From positions 5,529 through 69,528 of the forward strand of contig JBHPGJ010000005.1 of NCBI GenBank assembly GCA_042570545.1: a DNA stretch of 64,000 nt. Reading direction: 5' to 3'. A model generated the notes under the pieces. That model saw nothing but the letters and a program-made list of their open reading frames with translations, was not told where the DNA came from and made no database searches. A program made the position numbers and the translations under genes. This DNA is from Patescibacteria group bacterium (GTDB lineage: Bacteria > Patescibacteriota > Patescibacteriia > JBHPGJ01). Positions 8,884-18,864 of this stretch are shown here, in pieces. The stretch's first letter is position 1. Each line of letters begins with the position of its first letter.

Positions 8884-9738
8884 ATGTTTGAAAATCAACA
8901 ACCAAACCAGGGTGGTCAAGATCCTAACCAAGCACCCGACCAAACACCAAATCAAGCACCCGAACCAACCCTACCGCCACCAGTCCCTGGAGCGGCGCCT
9001 ATTGGTAAAGAAGAAGGAGCGGAGGATATTTTTGCCGACACAAATCAACCAGCAGCTGAAGCTGGCGGTCCGCCGCCACCGGTTGATGTACCACCACCTG
9101 CCGATGCCATACCACCGGAAGCACCCGGTTCGTCAGAACCCTTTGCTGAGCCTAAACCATCGCGAGGCAATAGACGAATGATTGTGTTAATCGTAGCTCT
9201 AGTGGTTGTGGTTGGAGCTGGCGCCTCGCTGTTTTTCTTCACTGATTTGTTTCAAGCCGACACCAATACTACCGTTACTAATGGTAGTAATAACTTAAAC
9301 AGCCTGTTGCAGAATCTAAATGCCAATACTAATACACCTACGTCGAATTCTAATTTGACGCTTAATACCAATACCGCTACAAACTTCAATACCAACTCTA
9401 CTATTAACACTAACTTTAACTCTAATATTAACTCAAACCTAAATACGAATAGCGTGTTGAACACAAATACGACTGCCAATACTAACACTACGATTAATAC
9501 GAATATTAATACCAACACCAGTATTGATACTGATAATGATGGCCTGACTGACGAAGAGGAGTTTGCTTTAGGCACGTTGATTAATAATCGAGATTCTGAT
9601 GCTGATGGTTTATCAGATTATGCTGAAGTAAAATTTTATTCTACTGATCCATTAAATACTGATACTGATGGTGACGGCTATGATGATGGAACTGAAGTTG
9701 AAAACGGCTTTGATCCCAACGGCCCTGGCGAACTATAA
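8884..9738 (+). CDS. Single-pass surface protein: Pro-rich N-terminus, Asn/Thr-rich stalk, TSP3-like Ca-binding repeats
   Basis: One TM (IVLIVALVVVVGAG), NTN-rich tract and DTDNDGLTD / DSDADGLSD / DTDGDGYDD repeats. Confidence 0.8.
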   Translation: MFENQQPNQGGQDPNQAPDQTPNQAPEPTLPPPVPGAAPIGKEEGAEDIFADTNQPAAEAGGPPPPVDVPPPADAIPPEAPGSSEPFAEPKPSRGNRRMIVLIVALVVVVGAGASLFFFTDLFQADTNTTVTNGSNNLNSLLQNLNANTNTPTSNSNLTLNTNTATNFNTNSTINTNFNSNINSNLNTNSVLNTNTTANTNTTINTNINTNTSIDTDNDGLTDEEEFALGTLINNRDSDADGLSDYAEVKFYSTDPLNTDTDGDGYDDGTEVENGFDPNGPGEL

Positions 9739-9756
9739 CAGATACGCAAATCACAT

Positions 9757-10383
9757 ATGGTCCGGGTCGAAGATGGTGTAATTAAATCAAACGACAAGCA
9801 CAAATCCGAGAATAAAAAACCACCACCCAAGATTAAGTTAGGGTGCGGTGGTTTTATTATTATTTTATTTTTAATAGTGCTTATCTGGCTGATAATAATT
9901 TTCGGCCTGATGGGAATAATAAACTTTCCATTTTTATCGGCTGCTGAACCACGACGACAAGTAGATACAAGTGGTTTGCAATCCGATCAGCTATCTCTAG
10001 ATGAATCTGTCGCTGGATCAACATACGCTGGTCTGACAGAAGGACAGCTCACAATACTTTTAAGAACGGCCCTTAGTAATTTAGACAATCAAATTCTTTC
10101 GGAAAGTCAGATTACAATTGAACCAAATAATTTTGAGTTATTCGGTAAATTTGCCAATCGTCCCTCAGTAGTTACTACTTCAATTATTGAATTATCAGTA
10201 AATAAAGAAGCCATTGACGTTGACATTAAATCATTTAAACTAGGTCACATAGCTTTACCGGCATTTCTAGCTCAAATATTTATAGGACCAGTAATCTCTG
10301 AAATATTACCAACAATTTTATCTCCGGCAGTGGGAAAAAATATCATTCAAAGACCAGGCCTAATTGAATTTCAAGCATTATAA
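9757..10383 (+). CDS. Membrane-anchored hypothetical protein
   Basis: 208 aa with an N-terminal TM after a basic stretch; in operon context. Confidence 0.7.
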   Translation: MVRVEDGVIKSNDKHKSENKKPPPKIKLGCGGFIIILFLIVLIWLIIIFGLMGIINFPFLSAAEPRRQVDTSGLQSDQLSLDESVAGSTYAGLTEGQLTILLRTALSNLDNQILSESQITIEPNNFELFGKFANRPSVVTTSIIELSVNKEAIDVDIKSFKLGHIALPAFLAQIFIGPVISEILPTILSPAVGKNIIQRPGLIEFQAL

Positions 10384-10386
10384 ATT

Positions 10387-11148
10387 ATGAACCTACTTAG
10401 AAGAAGCCTACCAATTATTTCTTCATTACTGTTGATACTTACCACTCAAGTGTTGCTGTTTTATCCCAACCTAATTTGGTATTTGGGCGGTCTATATTTG
10501 CTAATCAGCATATTTACCAGCATAGTAGTAAGCCGCGGTGATGTACGTGGAGGCCGTTGGCATTTTGCAATTATGGCCGCTCTTTATGCGTTGTCTGTGA
10601 TACTTTTTCTATTATTTCTTCAAGCAAATATTTTTAAACAATTACATCTGATTAGCACCGCAGCCTTATGGTGGTTATGGATGGAGCAACTATATAGATT
10701 TAACTATGATCCTCAAAAGTATATACCGTTTGCTGTCGCCAATATAGCCAGTATGGTAGCCGTAGTTACGTCATTTTATTTTGCCAGTTCATCTTTTGCT
10801 CTAAAATTATTGTTGGGATATCCAACCTGGATACTTACCCTAATTGCTGGTTTGCTTGGTTTTCTTTTCAGTATAGAGATTATCTGGTCCGAAAAACTTT
10901 CACCAATTAGATATTGGCGGGTACCAGTAGTTATTGGATTAATTACTGCTGAACTATTCTGGTCAATACATTATTTGCCCTCAAGTTATTTGGTCAATGG
11001 TCTTATCTTAACAATAATAATGTATATTAGTATCAACCTAGGCCGGTTTTCAATTAATCAACAATTAACAGCGACGGTATTAAAAAGATACTTGCTGATT
11101 GGCACTATTATGTTATTATTAACTGTAGTCTCGGCCCGCTGGATATAA
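10387..11148 (+). CDS. Polytopic membrane protein of unknown function
   Basis: About 8 hydrophobic segments; tightly packed in the operon. Confidence 0.7.
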   Translation: MNLLRRSLPIISSLLLILTTQVLLFYPNLIWYLGGLYLLISIFTSIVVSRGDVRGGRWHFAIMAALYALSVILFLLFLQANIFKQLHLISTAALWWLWMEQLYRFNYDPQKYIPFAVANIASMVAVVTSFYFASSSFALKLLLGYPTWILTLIAGLLGFLFSIEIIWSEKLSPIRYWRVPVVIGLITAELFWSIHYLPSSYLVNGLILTIIMYISINLGRFSINQQLTATVLKRYLLIGTIMLLLTVVSARWI

Positions 11149-11163
11149 TCCGGGAAAGATTTT

Positions 11164-12378
11164 ATGAAGCCAAAGACAGTACCAACATCACCAAAAGGAA
11201 GGAAACAATCTGATTCTTTAGAGAACATATACAATGTTAAAAAGTTGTCGCAGTTGGATCAACCACTGCGAGTGAGGCTAGGTTGGTCAATAGGATTATT
11301 AGTAATTATTTTATCTGTCGTGGCCGGATTATTTGGAGCGGTTATTTTTGATTGGTTAATTTATAATAATCCACATTGGTCTCTATGGCAGAGGTTGAAT
11401 ATCGCAACAGCACCAACCACTACTATTGAAACAACCACTACTATTGACTCAGCTAGTACCAGAGATTGGGACCAGGCTCTGCAAAAAGCCTTAAATAATA
11501 CTGTCCAGATTTTTCCAAAACGACTGGGTGAGGGTTTGTGGAATAATATATATAGACCCATTGATCGTCGCGGTAACGCCTTAATACTATCTACCGATGG
11601 TTTACTGGTCACAATTGACGATTATAAATTAAGCAGCGAAGAACAATTAGTAGCTATTACAAAAAACGGTGATATTTATGAGATAAAATCAATTATTAAT
11701 GACCCAGCTAGCCCATATACCTTTTTAACTACTGAGGGCAATGATTTAACGCCAACCCAATTTGTAACCGAAGATCAAATAGAATTCAGCCAGTCAATTT
11801 TAGAGCTTGACCCAGACCTATTGAGTAATAGTAAAGCCAAGATAATAAACATAACCAATAATAATTATCAGGCAAAACAGTTATTAAACTCTGATAACTT
11901 AAGTCGTTTGATAACTACTTCAAACAATGATGACAATAATAAAGGTCGCATTTACTTGACCCAAAGTGGTGATATTATCGGTATGTCTAATGATTCAGGA
12001 CACGTCGCACCGCTATTTCATATTAGCAATGTTCTAACTAAGGCATTATCTGAAGAACTTGTTGAACGACCATACTTGGGCGTCAATTATATTGACGTTA
12101 ATACCCCAGGCCTGGTCAGTAATGTAAAAAAACCTGGCGCTTACGTTACTTCCGGGCCAGATGGACTACCGGCGGCAGTTGAAGAAGACAGTCCGGCCGC
12201 AGAGGGGTTACTACAAACTGGCGATGTAATAATATCAGTCGACGACGATGATATTTTAATAGGTAGCCAATTGTCAGAAATAATTCAGTCAAAACATATT
12301 GGCGATACTATTCTTATAAAGTATATTCGTGATGAAATAGAAAGTGAAATAGAAATAACTCTAGGCAAATTGCCATGA
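11164..12378 (+). CDS. HtrA/DegP-like trypsin-fold plus PDZ protein, catalytic residues apparently lost
   Basis: TM anchor, ILSTDGLLVT, RPYLGV and SPAAE.GLLQTGDVIISVD PDZ; no TNxH or GNSGG. Confidence 0.75.
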   Translation: MKPKTVPTSPKGRKQSDSLENIYNVKKLSQLDQPLRVRLGWSIGLLVIILSVVAGLFGAVIFDWLIYNNPHWSLWQRLNIATAPTTTIETTTTIDSASTRDWDQALQKALNNTVQIFPKRLGEGLWNNIYRPIDRRGNALILSTDGLLVTIDDYKLSSEEQLVAITKNGDIYEIKSIINDPASPYTFLTTEGNDLTPTQFVTEDQIEFSQSILELDPDLLSNSKAKIINITNNNYQAKQLLNSDNLSRLITTSNNDDNNKGRIYLTQSGDIIGMSNDSGHVAPLFHISNVLTKALSEELVERPYLGVNYIDVNTPGLVSNVKKPGAYVTSGPDGLPAAVEEDSPAAEGLLQTGDVIISVDDDDILIGSQLSEIIQSKHIGDTILIKYIRDEIESEIEITLGKLP

Positions 12379-14537
12379 ATCTTAAGACTACACTCACCCT
12401 AGCGGCCATCGGGTCAGCTGTATTAATATTATCTAGTAATACAAGTACTGATGAAGCAATGTTGTCTATACCGAATATTGAATCATTTGACAATCAGGAA
12501 TTAGCGTTGAAAGTAGATACAAAAAGTATTAAATCCCCAGTTGATTGGCCGGAATTAGTTAATGAAGTTATTCAGCAGACTGATTCCTATATTAAAAAAG
12601 TTGAAAATACGGAAATTAACCTGACTCCCAGAGACACTTATTATACAGAACAAGATTATTTACCAACAATAAAAGCTGATGTAGCCTGGGATACATCGGT
12701 GGGCAATCGAGACGTGGTTATTGCAGTGTTAGATACTGGACTGGACATCATACATCCTGATATTAAGAAAAATTTATGGATTAATAACGATGAAATTGAT
12801 GGTGATGGGATCGACAATGACAACAATGGTTATATTGATGATATTAATGGCTGGAACTTTGTAAATAATAACTCCACGATTCGCCCAGTTAAATCAGGTG
12901 CTTATACAACAGCCGGAATAAACCATGGCACAGTAGTCAGCGGCATTGCTGCTGCTGTAGGTGATAATAATACCGGCATAACCGGGGTTGCCTGGAAAGC
13001 CTCATTAATGTCGGTCAAGGTTGTCAACAATAGCGGTGCCGGGGTCACATCAAATTTAATAAAAGGATTACGCTATGCTGCTGATAATGGCGCGGACGTA
13101 GTCAACGTAAGCATATCCGTAACCGTTAAACCAGGGAACGCAGCGGTTTATGACGCTGATTTACAATCGGCTATTGATTATGCATATCAAAAAGGCACAA
13201 CCGTAGTTGTTTCAGCTGGAAATGAATATGTAAATCTTAATAATGCTTTAAGATACCCCGTTTGTTATAAAAATGTGATTGGTGTAGCAGCCCTAAATTC
13301 GTCAAATTTATTAGCCAGCTTTTCAAATTACGGTAAAAATTGTATTGATATATCTGCGCCTGGTACCGGATTTTATAGTACGCAATATTATGATGGCAGT
13401 GGTCAATTCTCCAAACGTTATGGTGGTGGGTGGAACGGTACATCAATGTCTGCTCCCGTGGTGACTGGCGTGGTAGCTCTTATTAAAAGTATCTATCCCA
13501 ACCTAACTAATTCCGAAATCGAAAAATTATTGGAATCCACAGCTACAACCTTACCTAGTAATAGCGATCAGCTGGGGGCTGGATTGATAAACGCTAGTGG
13601 TATAAATATGGTAACTACTAATTTTTTTGAAAAAGATTCGGTACTTACGGCACCACGATCAATGGGTGGGCCAGACGTTAGGCTGTACTCAGCGGCTGGT
13701 AATAAGGTAAGAAGTATCAATGCCTACCACACAGCTTTCCGTGGTGGTGTAAACATTGCCACAGGCGATGTTGATGGTGATAGTAAAAATGAAATTATAA
13801 CTGTACCTATTAGTAATGGCGGACCACACGTTAGAATATTTAACAAATTGGGTAGACTAGAAAAGCAATGGTTTGCTTATGAAGAAAATTTTCGTGGTGG
13901 CCTAACGGTAGCCAGCGGAGATTTAGATAATGACGGCGATGATGAAATCATTGTAGCCCCGCGTTCACAAGGTGGGCCAGACGTCAGAATATTTAATGCT
14001 AATGGCCACAAATTAAAAAGCATAGAAGCTTACCATCCATCGTTCCGCGGTGGTGTTGATGTGGCAACGGGGGATGTCGATGGTGATGGCGTAGCGGAAA
14101 TAATCACCACACCAATATCAGCTGGTGGTCCTCATGTGAGAATATTTAATGCTCAGGGCGAGGTAGTTAACGAATGGTTTGCTTATGAAGAAAATTTTCG
14201 TGGTGGCCTAACGGTAGCCAGCGGAGATTTAGATAATGACGGCGATGATGAAATCATTGTAGCCCCGCGTTCACAAGGTGGGCCAGACGTCAGAATATTT
14301 AATGCTAATGGCCACAAATTAAAAAGCATAGAAGCTTACCATCCATCGTTCCGCGGTGGTGTTGATGTGGCAACGGGGGATGTCGATGGTGATGGCGTAG
14401 CGGAAATAATCACCACACCAATATCAGCTGGTGGTCCTCATGTGAGATATTTTAACTTTCAAGGTAGGCTAGTGGGTCAGTGGTTTGCTTATACAGAAAG
14501 TTTTAGAGGCGGCTTAAGCATTTCTACATTAAATTAG
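12375..14537 (+). CDS. Secreted S8 subtilisin-like protease with C-terminal FG-GAP/VCBS-like repeats
   Basis: VLDTG, NHGT, SAGN and GTSMS catalytic motifs; six repeats with FRGG.vA.GDxDxDG..EII...GGP.VR. Confidence 0.92.
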   Translation: MNLKTTLTLAAIGSAVLILSSNTSTDEAMLSIPNIESFDNQELALKVDTKSIKSPVDWPELVNEVIQQTDSYIKKVENTEINLTPRDTYYTEQDYLPTIKADVAWDTSVGNRDVVIAVLDTGLDIIHPDIKKNLWINNDEIDGDGIDNDNNGYIDDINGWNFVNNNSTIRPVKSGAYTTAGINHGTVVSGIAAAVGDNNTGITGVAWKASLMSVKVVNNSGAGVTSNLIKGLRYAADNGADVVNVSISVTVKPGNAAVYDADLQSAIDYAYQKGTTVVVSAGNEYVNLNNALRYPVCYKNVIGVAALNSSNLLASFSNYGKNCIDISAPGTGFYSTQYYDGSGQFSKRYGGGWNGTSMSAPVVTGVVALIKSIYPNLTNSEIEKLLESTATTLPSNSDQLGAGLINASGINMVTTNFFEKDSVLTAPRSMGGPDVRLYSAAGNKVRSINAYHTAFRGGVNIATGDVDGDSKNEIITVPISNGGPHVRIFNKLGRLEKQWFAYEENFRGGLTVASGDLDNDGDDEIIVAPRSQGGPDVRIFNANGHKLKSIEAYHPSFRGGVDVATGDVDGDGVAEIITTPISAGGPHVRIFNAQGEVVNEWFAYEENFRGGLTVASGDLDNDGDDEIIVAPRSQGGPDVRIFNANGHKLKSIEAYHPSFRGGVDVATGDVDGDGVAEIITTPISAGGPHVRYFNFQGRLVGQWFAYTESFRGGLSISTLN
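13867..14447 (+). repeat. Exact 275-bp direct repeat (13867-14141 and 14173-14447; period 306 bp) inside the S8 gene
   Basis: No mismatches seen on manual comparison; in frame (102-codon period). Confidence 0.9.
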
Positions 14538-14543
14538 CAATCT

Positions 14544-14987
14544 GTGAAAAAGTATTATTATCGTGTAGCAAAAACATTACCCTTCTTAGGTAATGTTACC
14601 GTACGACAATTCATTAAGTTTTCTATGGTGGGTGTTAGTAATACCATTATTGATTTCTCTCTATATCTTTTACTGACAAGAATTTTCCATATACATTTTT
14701 TGATCGCTAATGCATTGGCTTTTGTTATTGCTGTAACCTGGAGCTATACGGCAAATAAAATGTGGACCTTCCGTGACACTAGCAATCGGATGACAGCTCA
14801 ATTTACAAAGTTTATTATTATTAACTTAGTTGGATTAGGTTTAGCTGAGGGCATCCTAAGCGTCTTAGTGATCTATTTTGGGCTGTGGGATATATTGTCA
14901 AAGTTCATAGCCGTGTTAATTGTCGTGTTTTGGAATTTCTGGGCCAATCGCCATTGGACGTTTAAGGATAGTCAAGAAAGGTTGTAA
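14544..14987 (+). CDS. GtrA-family polyprenol-P-sugar flippase
   Basis: QFIKFSMVG..NT.ID, 4 TMs, NK.WTF and NF..NR.WTF. Confidence 0.9.
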   Translation: MKKYYYRVAKTLPFLGNVTVRQFIKFSMVGVSNTIIDFSLYLLLTRIFHIHFLIANALAFVIAVTWSYTANKMWTFRDTSNRMTAQFTKFIIINLVGLGLAEGILSVLVIYFGLWDILSKFIAVLIVVFWNFWANRHWTFKDSQERL

Positions 14988-15010
14988 AAAAACTGACAAA
15001 TCATTATAAT
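14982..15010 (+). promoter_or_regulatory. Putative sigma70 promoter for the 15019-26485 operon
   Basis: TTGTAA, 17 bp, TATAAT; 8 nt before the GTG at 15019. Confidence 0.55.
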
Positions 15011-15018
15011 ATTTTTAA

Positions 15019-15765
15019 GTGAGACCTGGGTTCAAACAATCATCAGATTCGATGGATTTGACCATCGTCATACCAGCTCATAACGAAGCTGGTAGAATTA
15101 GCCCAATGTTAACATCGTATATTGAACATTTTCAAAAGCGGGCCAGGATTTTGATAGTTTTAAACGGCTGTTCTGACAATACCTTGGATGTTGTCAGTAC
15201 AATTATCGATAGTATTGGCCGGCAAGGAATAGTTGATTATTTAGATATTGCTGAGCCGATTGGCAAGGCTGGAGCGGTATATGAGGGCTTTAATAAGGCC
15301 GATACTAAGTGGGTAGGGTTTGTAGATGCTGACGGCTCAACACCATCATTTGAATTTGAAAGACTCTTTCATGAAATCAACAATGCTGATGGAGTGATCG
15401 CATCTCGACGCATGCCTACCTCGCATGTGGTATATAGCAGGGTTCGCCAATTAATCAGCTGGACGTTCTCACAGGTTACAAATAGATATTTAAAATTAAA
15501 TTATCGTGATACTCAGTGTGGGGCCAAAATTTTTAAAACTAACGCTATTAATGATGTGATGGCAAAGCTGAAGGTGAAAAACAATGCTTTCGATGTGGAA
15601 CTTTTACTGGTTCTTAAAAGGGCCGGATATTTAGTTAAAGAGGAGCCAACTTTCTGGATAGAAAATAAATCATCAGCCATGTTTGGCTCTCCGTTTAAAT
15701 TCATTTCCGCCTCATGGGAAATGTTTAAAACAGTCAGGGACTTAGCAAAACAATATAAGATTTAA
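15019..15765 (+). CDS. GT2 polyprenyl-phosphate glycosyltransferase (Alg5/DPG-synthase-like)
   Basis: IPAHNE, GKAGAV, FVDADGST, DTQCGAK, FDVELL. Confidence 0.88.
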   Translation: MRPGFKQSSDSMDLTIVIPAHNEAGRISPMLTSYIEHFQKRARILIVLNGCSDNTLDVVSTIIDSIGRQGIVDYLDIAEPIGKAGAVYEGFNKADTKWVGFVDADGSTPSFEFERLFHEINNADGVIASRRMPTSHVVYSRVRQLISWTFSQVTNRYLKLNYRDTQCGAKIFKTNAINDVMAKLKVKNNAFDVELLLVLKRAGYLVKEEPTFWIENKSSAMFGSPFKFISASWEMFKTVRDLAKQYKI

Positions 15766-15770
15766 ATCAA

Positions 15771-16775
15771 ATGGCTAAACCAATCTTTGAGCGCAATAAC
15801 ATAGTAGTTACCGGTGGTGCCGGATTCCTCGGCTCTCATCTTTGTGATCGTCAGGTAAAAAAACATAAGGTAATTTGTATCGATAATTTTAAAACCGGCG
15901 TTGAAGAAAATATCAACCACCTATTACAGCATCCTAATTTCGAATTTGTTAGGCATGATTTAGTAGAGCCTATTAATATGGAAGTGCTGCCTGGGCTTAA
16001 AGCTTTTAAAGTATCTTTTCAAGGTGTTCAAGAGGTATATCATTTAGCTAGCCCAACATCACCAGTTGCTTATAAACGTTACCCAGTTGAAACAATATTA
16101 GCTAATACGCACGCTACTAAAAACGCCCTGGATATCGCTGTGAAATATCAAGCAAAATTTATTTTATTTTCTGCATATGCAGTTTATGGACAACCGACAG
16201 AGAACAAGCCATTACCAGAAGATTATTGGGGCTATCTAGATCATCTGGGACCAGATAGTGCTTTTGCTGAAGGCAAAAGAGCGGCCGAAAGCATAGTCTA
16301 TCATTATCGCCAAGCTTACAACATTGACGCTAAGATAATAAGATTATTTCCAGTTTATGGTCCTCGTCTACAGTTAAAAGACGGACGATTAATTCCGGAA
16401 TTAATAAGACAGGCATTATCAGAACCAGTAATTACGGTACCAGGGAAGGAAGATGATAAAGTTACAATTAGTTTTTATACCGATATTTTAGATGGCGTTG
16501 AACGAATGATGAAATCTAACGAACACGGACCGATAAACTTGGGCAGTGATGAGTTGCTTAACTTAGGTGACCTAGTAGAAATGATTAAAAAGCTTAGCGC
16601 CTCTGAAGCGAATATTCGTTATGACAACAGCGGTGAAGACTATCCATTACGTCAACCCAGCATTCATTTAGCACGACAGCGACTGGGTTGGTTTCCTGTA
16701 GTAAACTTAGAAAACGGATTAAAACAAACTATTGATTACTTAAAGGCCTCTAAGGTCGTTCATAAACTAAAATGA
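15771..16775 (+). CDS. UDP-glucuronate decarboxylase (UXS)-like SDR with atypical active site
   Basis: TGGAGFLGSHLCD, YHLASPTSP, EDYWG, DGRLI, GPINLG; FAEGK in place of YDEGK. Confidence 0.8.
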   Translation: MAKPIFERNNIVVTGGAGFLGSHLCDRQVKKHKVICIDNFKTGVEENINHLLQHPNFEFVRHDLVEPINMEVLPGLKAFKVSFQGVQEVYHLASPTSPVAYKRYPVETILANTHATKNALDIAVKYQAKFILFSAYAVYGQPTENKPLPEDYWGYLDHLGPDSAFAEGKRAAESIVYHYRQAYNIDAKIIRLFPVYGPRLQLKDGRLIPELIRQALSEPVITVPGKEDDKVTISFYTDILDGVERMMKSNEHGPINLGSDELLNLGDLVEMIKKLSASEANIRYDNSGEDYPLRQPSIHLARQRLGWFPVVNLENGLKQTIDYLKASKVVHKLK

Positions 16776-16791
16776 TTAACTAAAATATTAT

Positions 16792-17934
16792 ATGATACCA
16801 AAGTATATTTTTACTTCAGAATCAGTAACTGAAGGGCATCCCGACAAAGTATGTGATCAAATCTCTGACGCTATATTGGATAACATTATTAAACAAGATC
16901 CACACTCACATGCCGGAATAGAAACCGTGGCGACAACCGGTTTGGTTATGGTAACGGGTGAAATTAGAACCAAAGGTTATGCCGACATCGCCAGTATTGT
17001 CAGAAAAACTATTAAAGAAATTGGCTACACCGATCATACGTATGGTTTTCACTATGAGGACTGTGGAGTGATTGTAAGTGTTGATGAACAAAGCCCCGAT
17101 ATTGCTCAGGGTGTTGATAAAAAAAATCAGGGAGCTGGTGATCAGGGTCTGATGTTTGGTTATGCTACAGATGAGACTGCCGAATTGATGCCATTACCAA
17201 TAACAATAGCTCATAAATTAACAAAAAAATTAGCTCAAGTACGTAAAAAAGGAATTTTGTCATACCTCGGTCCCGATGGAAAAAGTGAAGTGGCTGTCGA
17301 GTATGTAAATGGCCGTCCTAAAAGAATTGAGACAGTAGTTATAGCCACCCAGCACAGTGATAATGTATTAACTAGCAAGATTAGACGTGATGTAATAAAT
17401 AAAGTTATTATTCCAGTCGCTAAGAAATATATTGACAAAAAGACCAAATTTTTTGTTAATGCTACTGGTCGTTTTGTCAAAGGAGGCCCACCGGCTGATG
17501 CTGGCTTGACCGGACGAAAAATAATAATCGATACTTATGGCGGACAAGGCAGTCATGGTGGTGGTGCTTTTTCTGGAAAGGATCCTTCAAAAGTCGATCG
17601 TTCAGCATCGTACATGGCTCGGTATATAGCTAAAAATATTGTGGCCGCAAAACTAGCTAAAAAATGTGAAATCCAATTAGCTTATGTTATCGGGATTGCC
17701 CAACCCATAAGCGTAATGGTTAATTCATATGGCACTGGTGTTTTTGATGATGTAAAACTGGCTAAGATTGTTCGTCGAGTATTTCCGCTTGAGCCAAGAG
17801 AAATAATAAAGCATTTGAAACTGTTACGTCCAATATATCAAGCAACGGCTTCTTATGGCCATTTCGGTCGGAATGGTGCCAAATTTACTTGGGAAAAGGT
17901 TGATAAAATATCAGCGCTTAAAAGTTATTTATAG
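16792..17934 (+). CDS. metK: S-adenosylmethionine synthetase
   Basis: [46 protein letters not shown]. Confidence 0.98.
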   Translation: MIPKYIFTSESVTEGHPDKVCDQISDAILDNIIKQDPHSHAGIETVATTGLVMVTGEIRTKGYADIASIVRKTIKEIGYTDHTYGFHYEDCGVIVSVDEQSPDIAQGVDKKNQGAGDQGLMFGYATDETAELMPLPITIAHKLTKKLAQVRKKGILSYLGPDGKSEVAVEYVNGRPKRIETVVIATQHSDNVLTSKIRRDVINKVIIPVAKKYIDKKTKFFVNATGRFVKGGPPADAGLTGRKIIIDTYGGQGSHGGGAFSGKDPSKVDRSASYMARYIAKNIVAAKLAKKCEIQLAYVIGIAQPISVMVNSYGTGVFDDVKLAKIVRRVFPLEPREIIKHLKLLRPIYQATASYGHFGRNGAKFTWEKVDKISALKSYL

Positions 17935-17940
17935 GATGCA

Positions 17941-18864
17941 ATGAAGATTATTGTCACGGGAGGTGCTGGATTTATTGGAAGTCACATAGTTGATGCCCTG
18001 GTCTCTCGGAAGGATCAGGTATTGGTTATTGACGATCTAAGCTCCGGGCTTGAAGAAAATGTTCCATCGTCCGTCAAGTTAATAAAGATGGATATTCGTG
18101 ATCAGGGCCTAGCAGAAGTGTTCAGTAAGTTTGAACCAGAGGCTACATTTCATTGTGCAGCCCAAAAAAATGTTCGCAAGTCCGTTGATGATCCAAGCTA
18201 TGATGCGGATGTTAATATTATTGGTTCACTCAACGTTATACAGCAATGCCAGCGTTTGAACAGCAAGGTAATTTTTACCTCCACTGGCGGTGCACTATAC
18301 GGAGATGCTCAGGTATTACCGACACCAGAAACATATGATAAAAAGCCGCTGTCGCCTTATGGCATTGCTAAGTTTTCGGTTGAAGAATATCTGCGTTATT
18401 ATCAATCGGTACATGGTTTAAAGAGTATATCTCTGCGTCTGGCCAACGTCTATGGGCCACGTCAAGACCCAAAGGGCGAGGCTGGTGTTGTAGCAATATT
18501 TTTACACAAGCTTTTAACCGGACAAACGCCTATCATAAATGGTGATGGCACCCAAACAAGAGATTATGTGTATGTAGCTGACGTGGTAAAAGCAGCCATG
18601 GCGGTTCTAACGACTACTCTTAGAGGTACCTACAACGTCGGTACGGGGATTGCCACGAGCGTAAATGAACTATATGAGACTATTCGTCATCAAGGTAATT
18701 TTGCCGCCGAGGCTACACACGGCCAAGCTCTTTCCGGTGAACAAAAAACCAGCTGTCTCGATCGTCAGAAAATTACCGACGCCACTGATTGGCAACCTAC
18801 TTTTACACTAAAAACTGGGCTCGCCAAAACCATTGATTGGTTTAGGGATAAATATCATGTCTAG
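17941..18864 (+). CDS. UDP-glucose 4-epimerase-like SDR
   Basis: TGGAGFIGSH, STGGALYG, SPYGIAK, NVYGPRQDP.GEAGVV. Confidence 0.88.
   Translation: MKIIVTGGAGFIGSHIVDALVSRKDQVLVIDDLSSGLEENVPSSVKLIKMDIRDQGLAEVFSKFEPEATFHCAAQKNVRKSVDDPSYDADVNIIGSLNVIQQCQRLNSKVIFTSTGGALYGDAQVLPTPETYDKKPLSPYGIAKFSVEEYLRYYQSVHGLKSISLRLANVYGPRQDPKGEAGVVAIFLHKLLTGQTPIINGDGTQTRDYVYVADVVKAAMAVLTTTLRGTYNVGTGIATSVNELYETIRHQGNFAAEATHGQALSGEQKTSCLDRQKITDATDWQPTFTLKTGLAKTIDWFRDKYHV

Noticed and set aside
9250-9530. Tandem DNA repeat in the aat/act-rich stretch
   Set aside because: Codons vary; it reflects low-complexity Asn/Thr protein sequence rather than a nucleotide-level repeat array.
13867-14447. DGR template/variable repeat pair or CRISPR array
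   Set aside because: The copies are identical with no adenine-specific differences, lie in frame within one gene, and no reverse transcriptase or cas gene is present.
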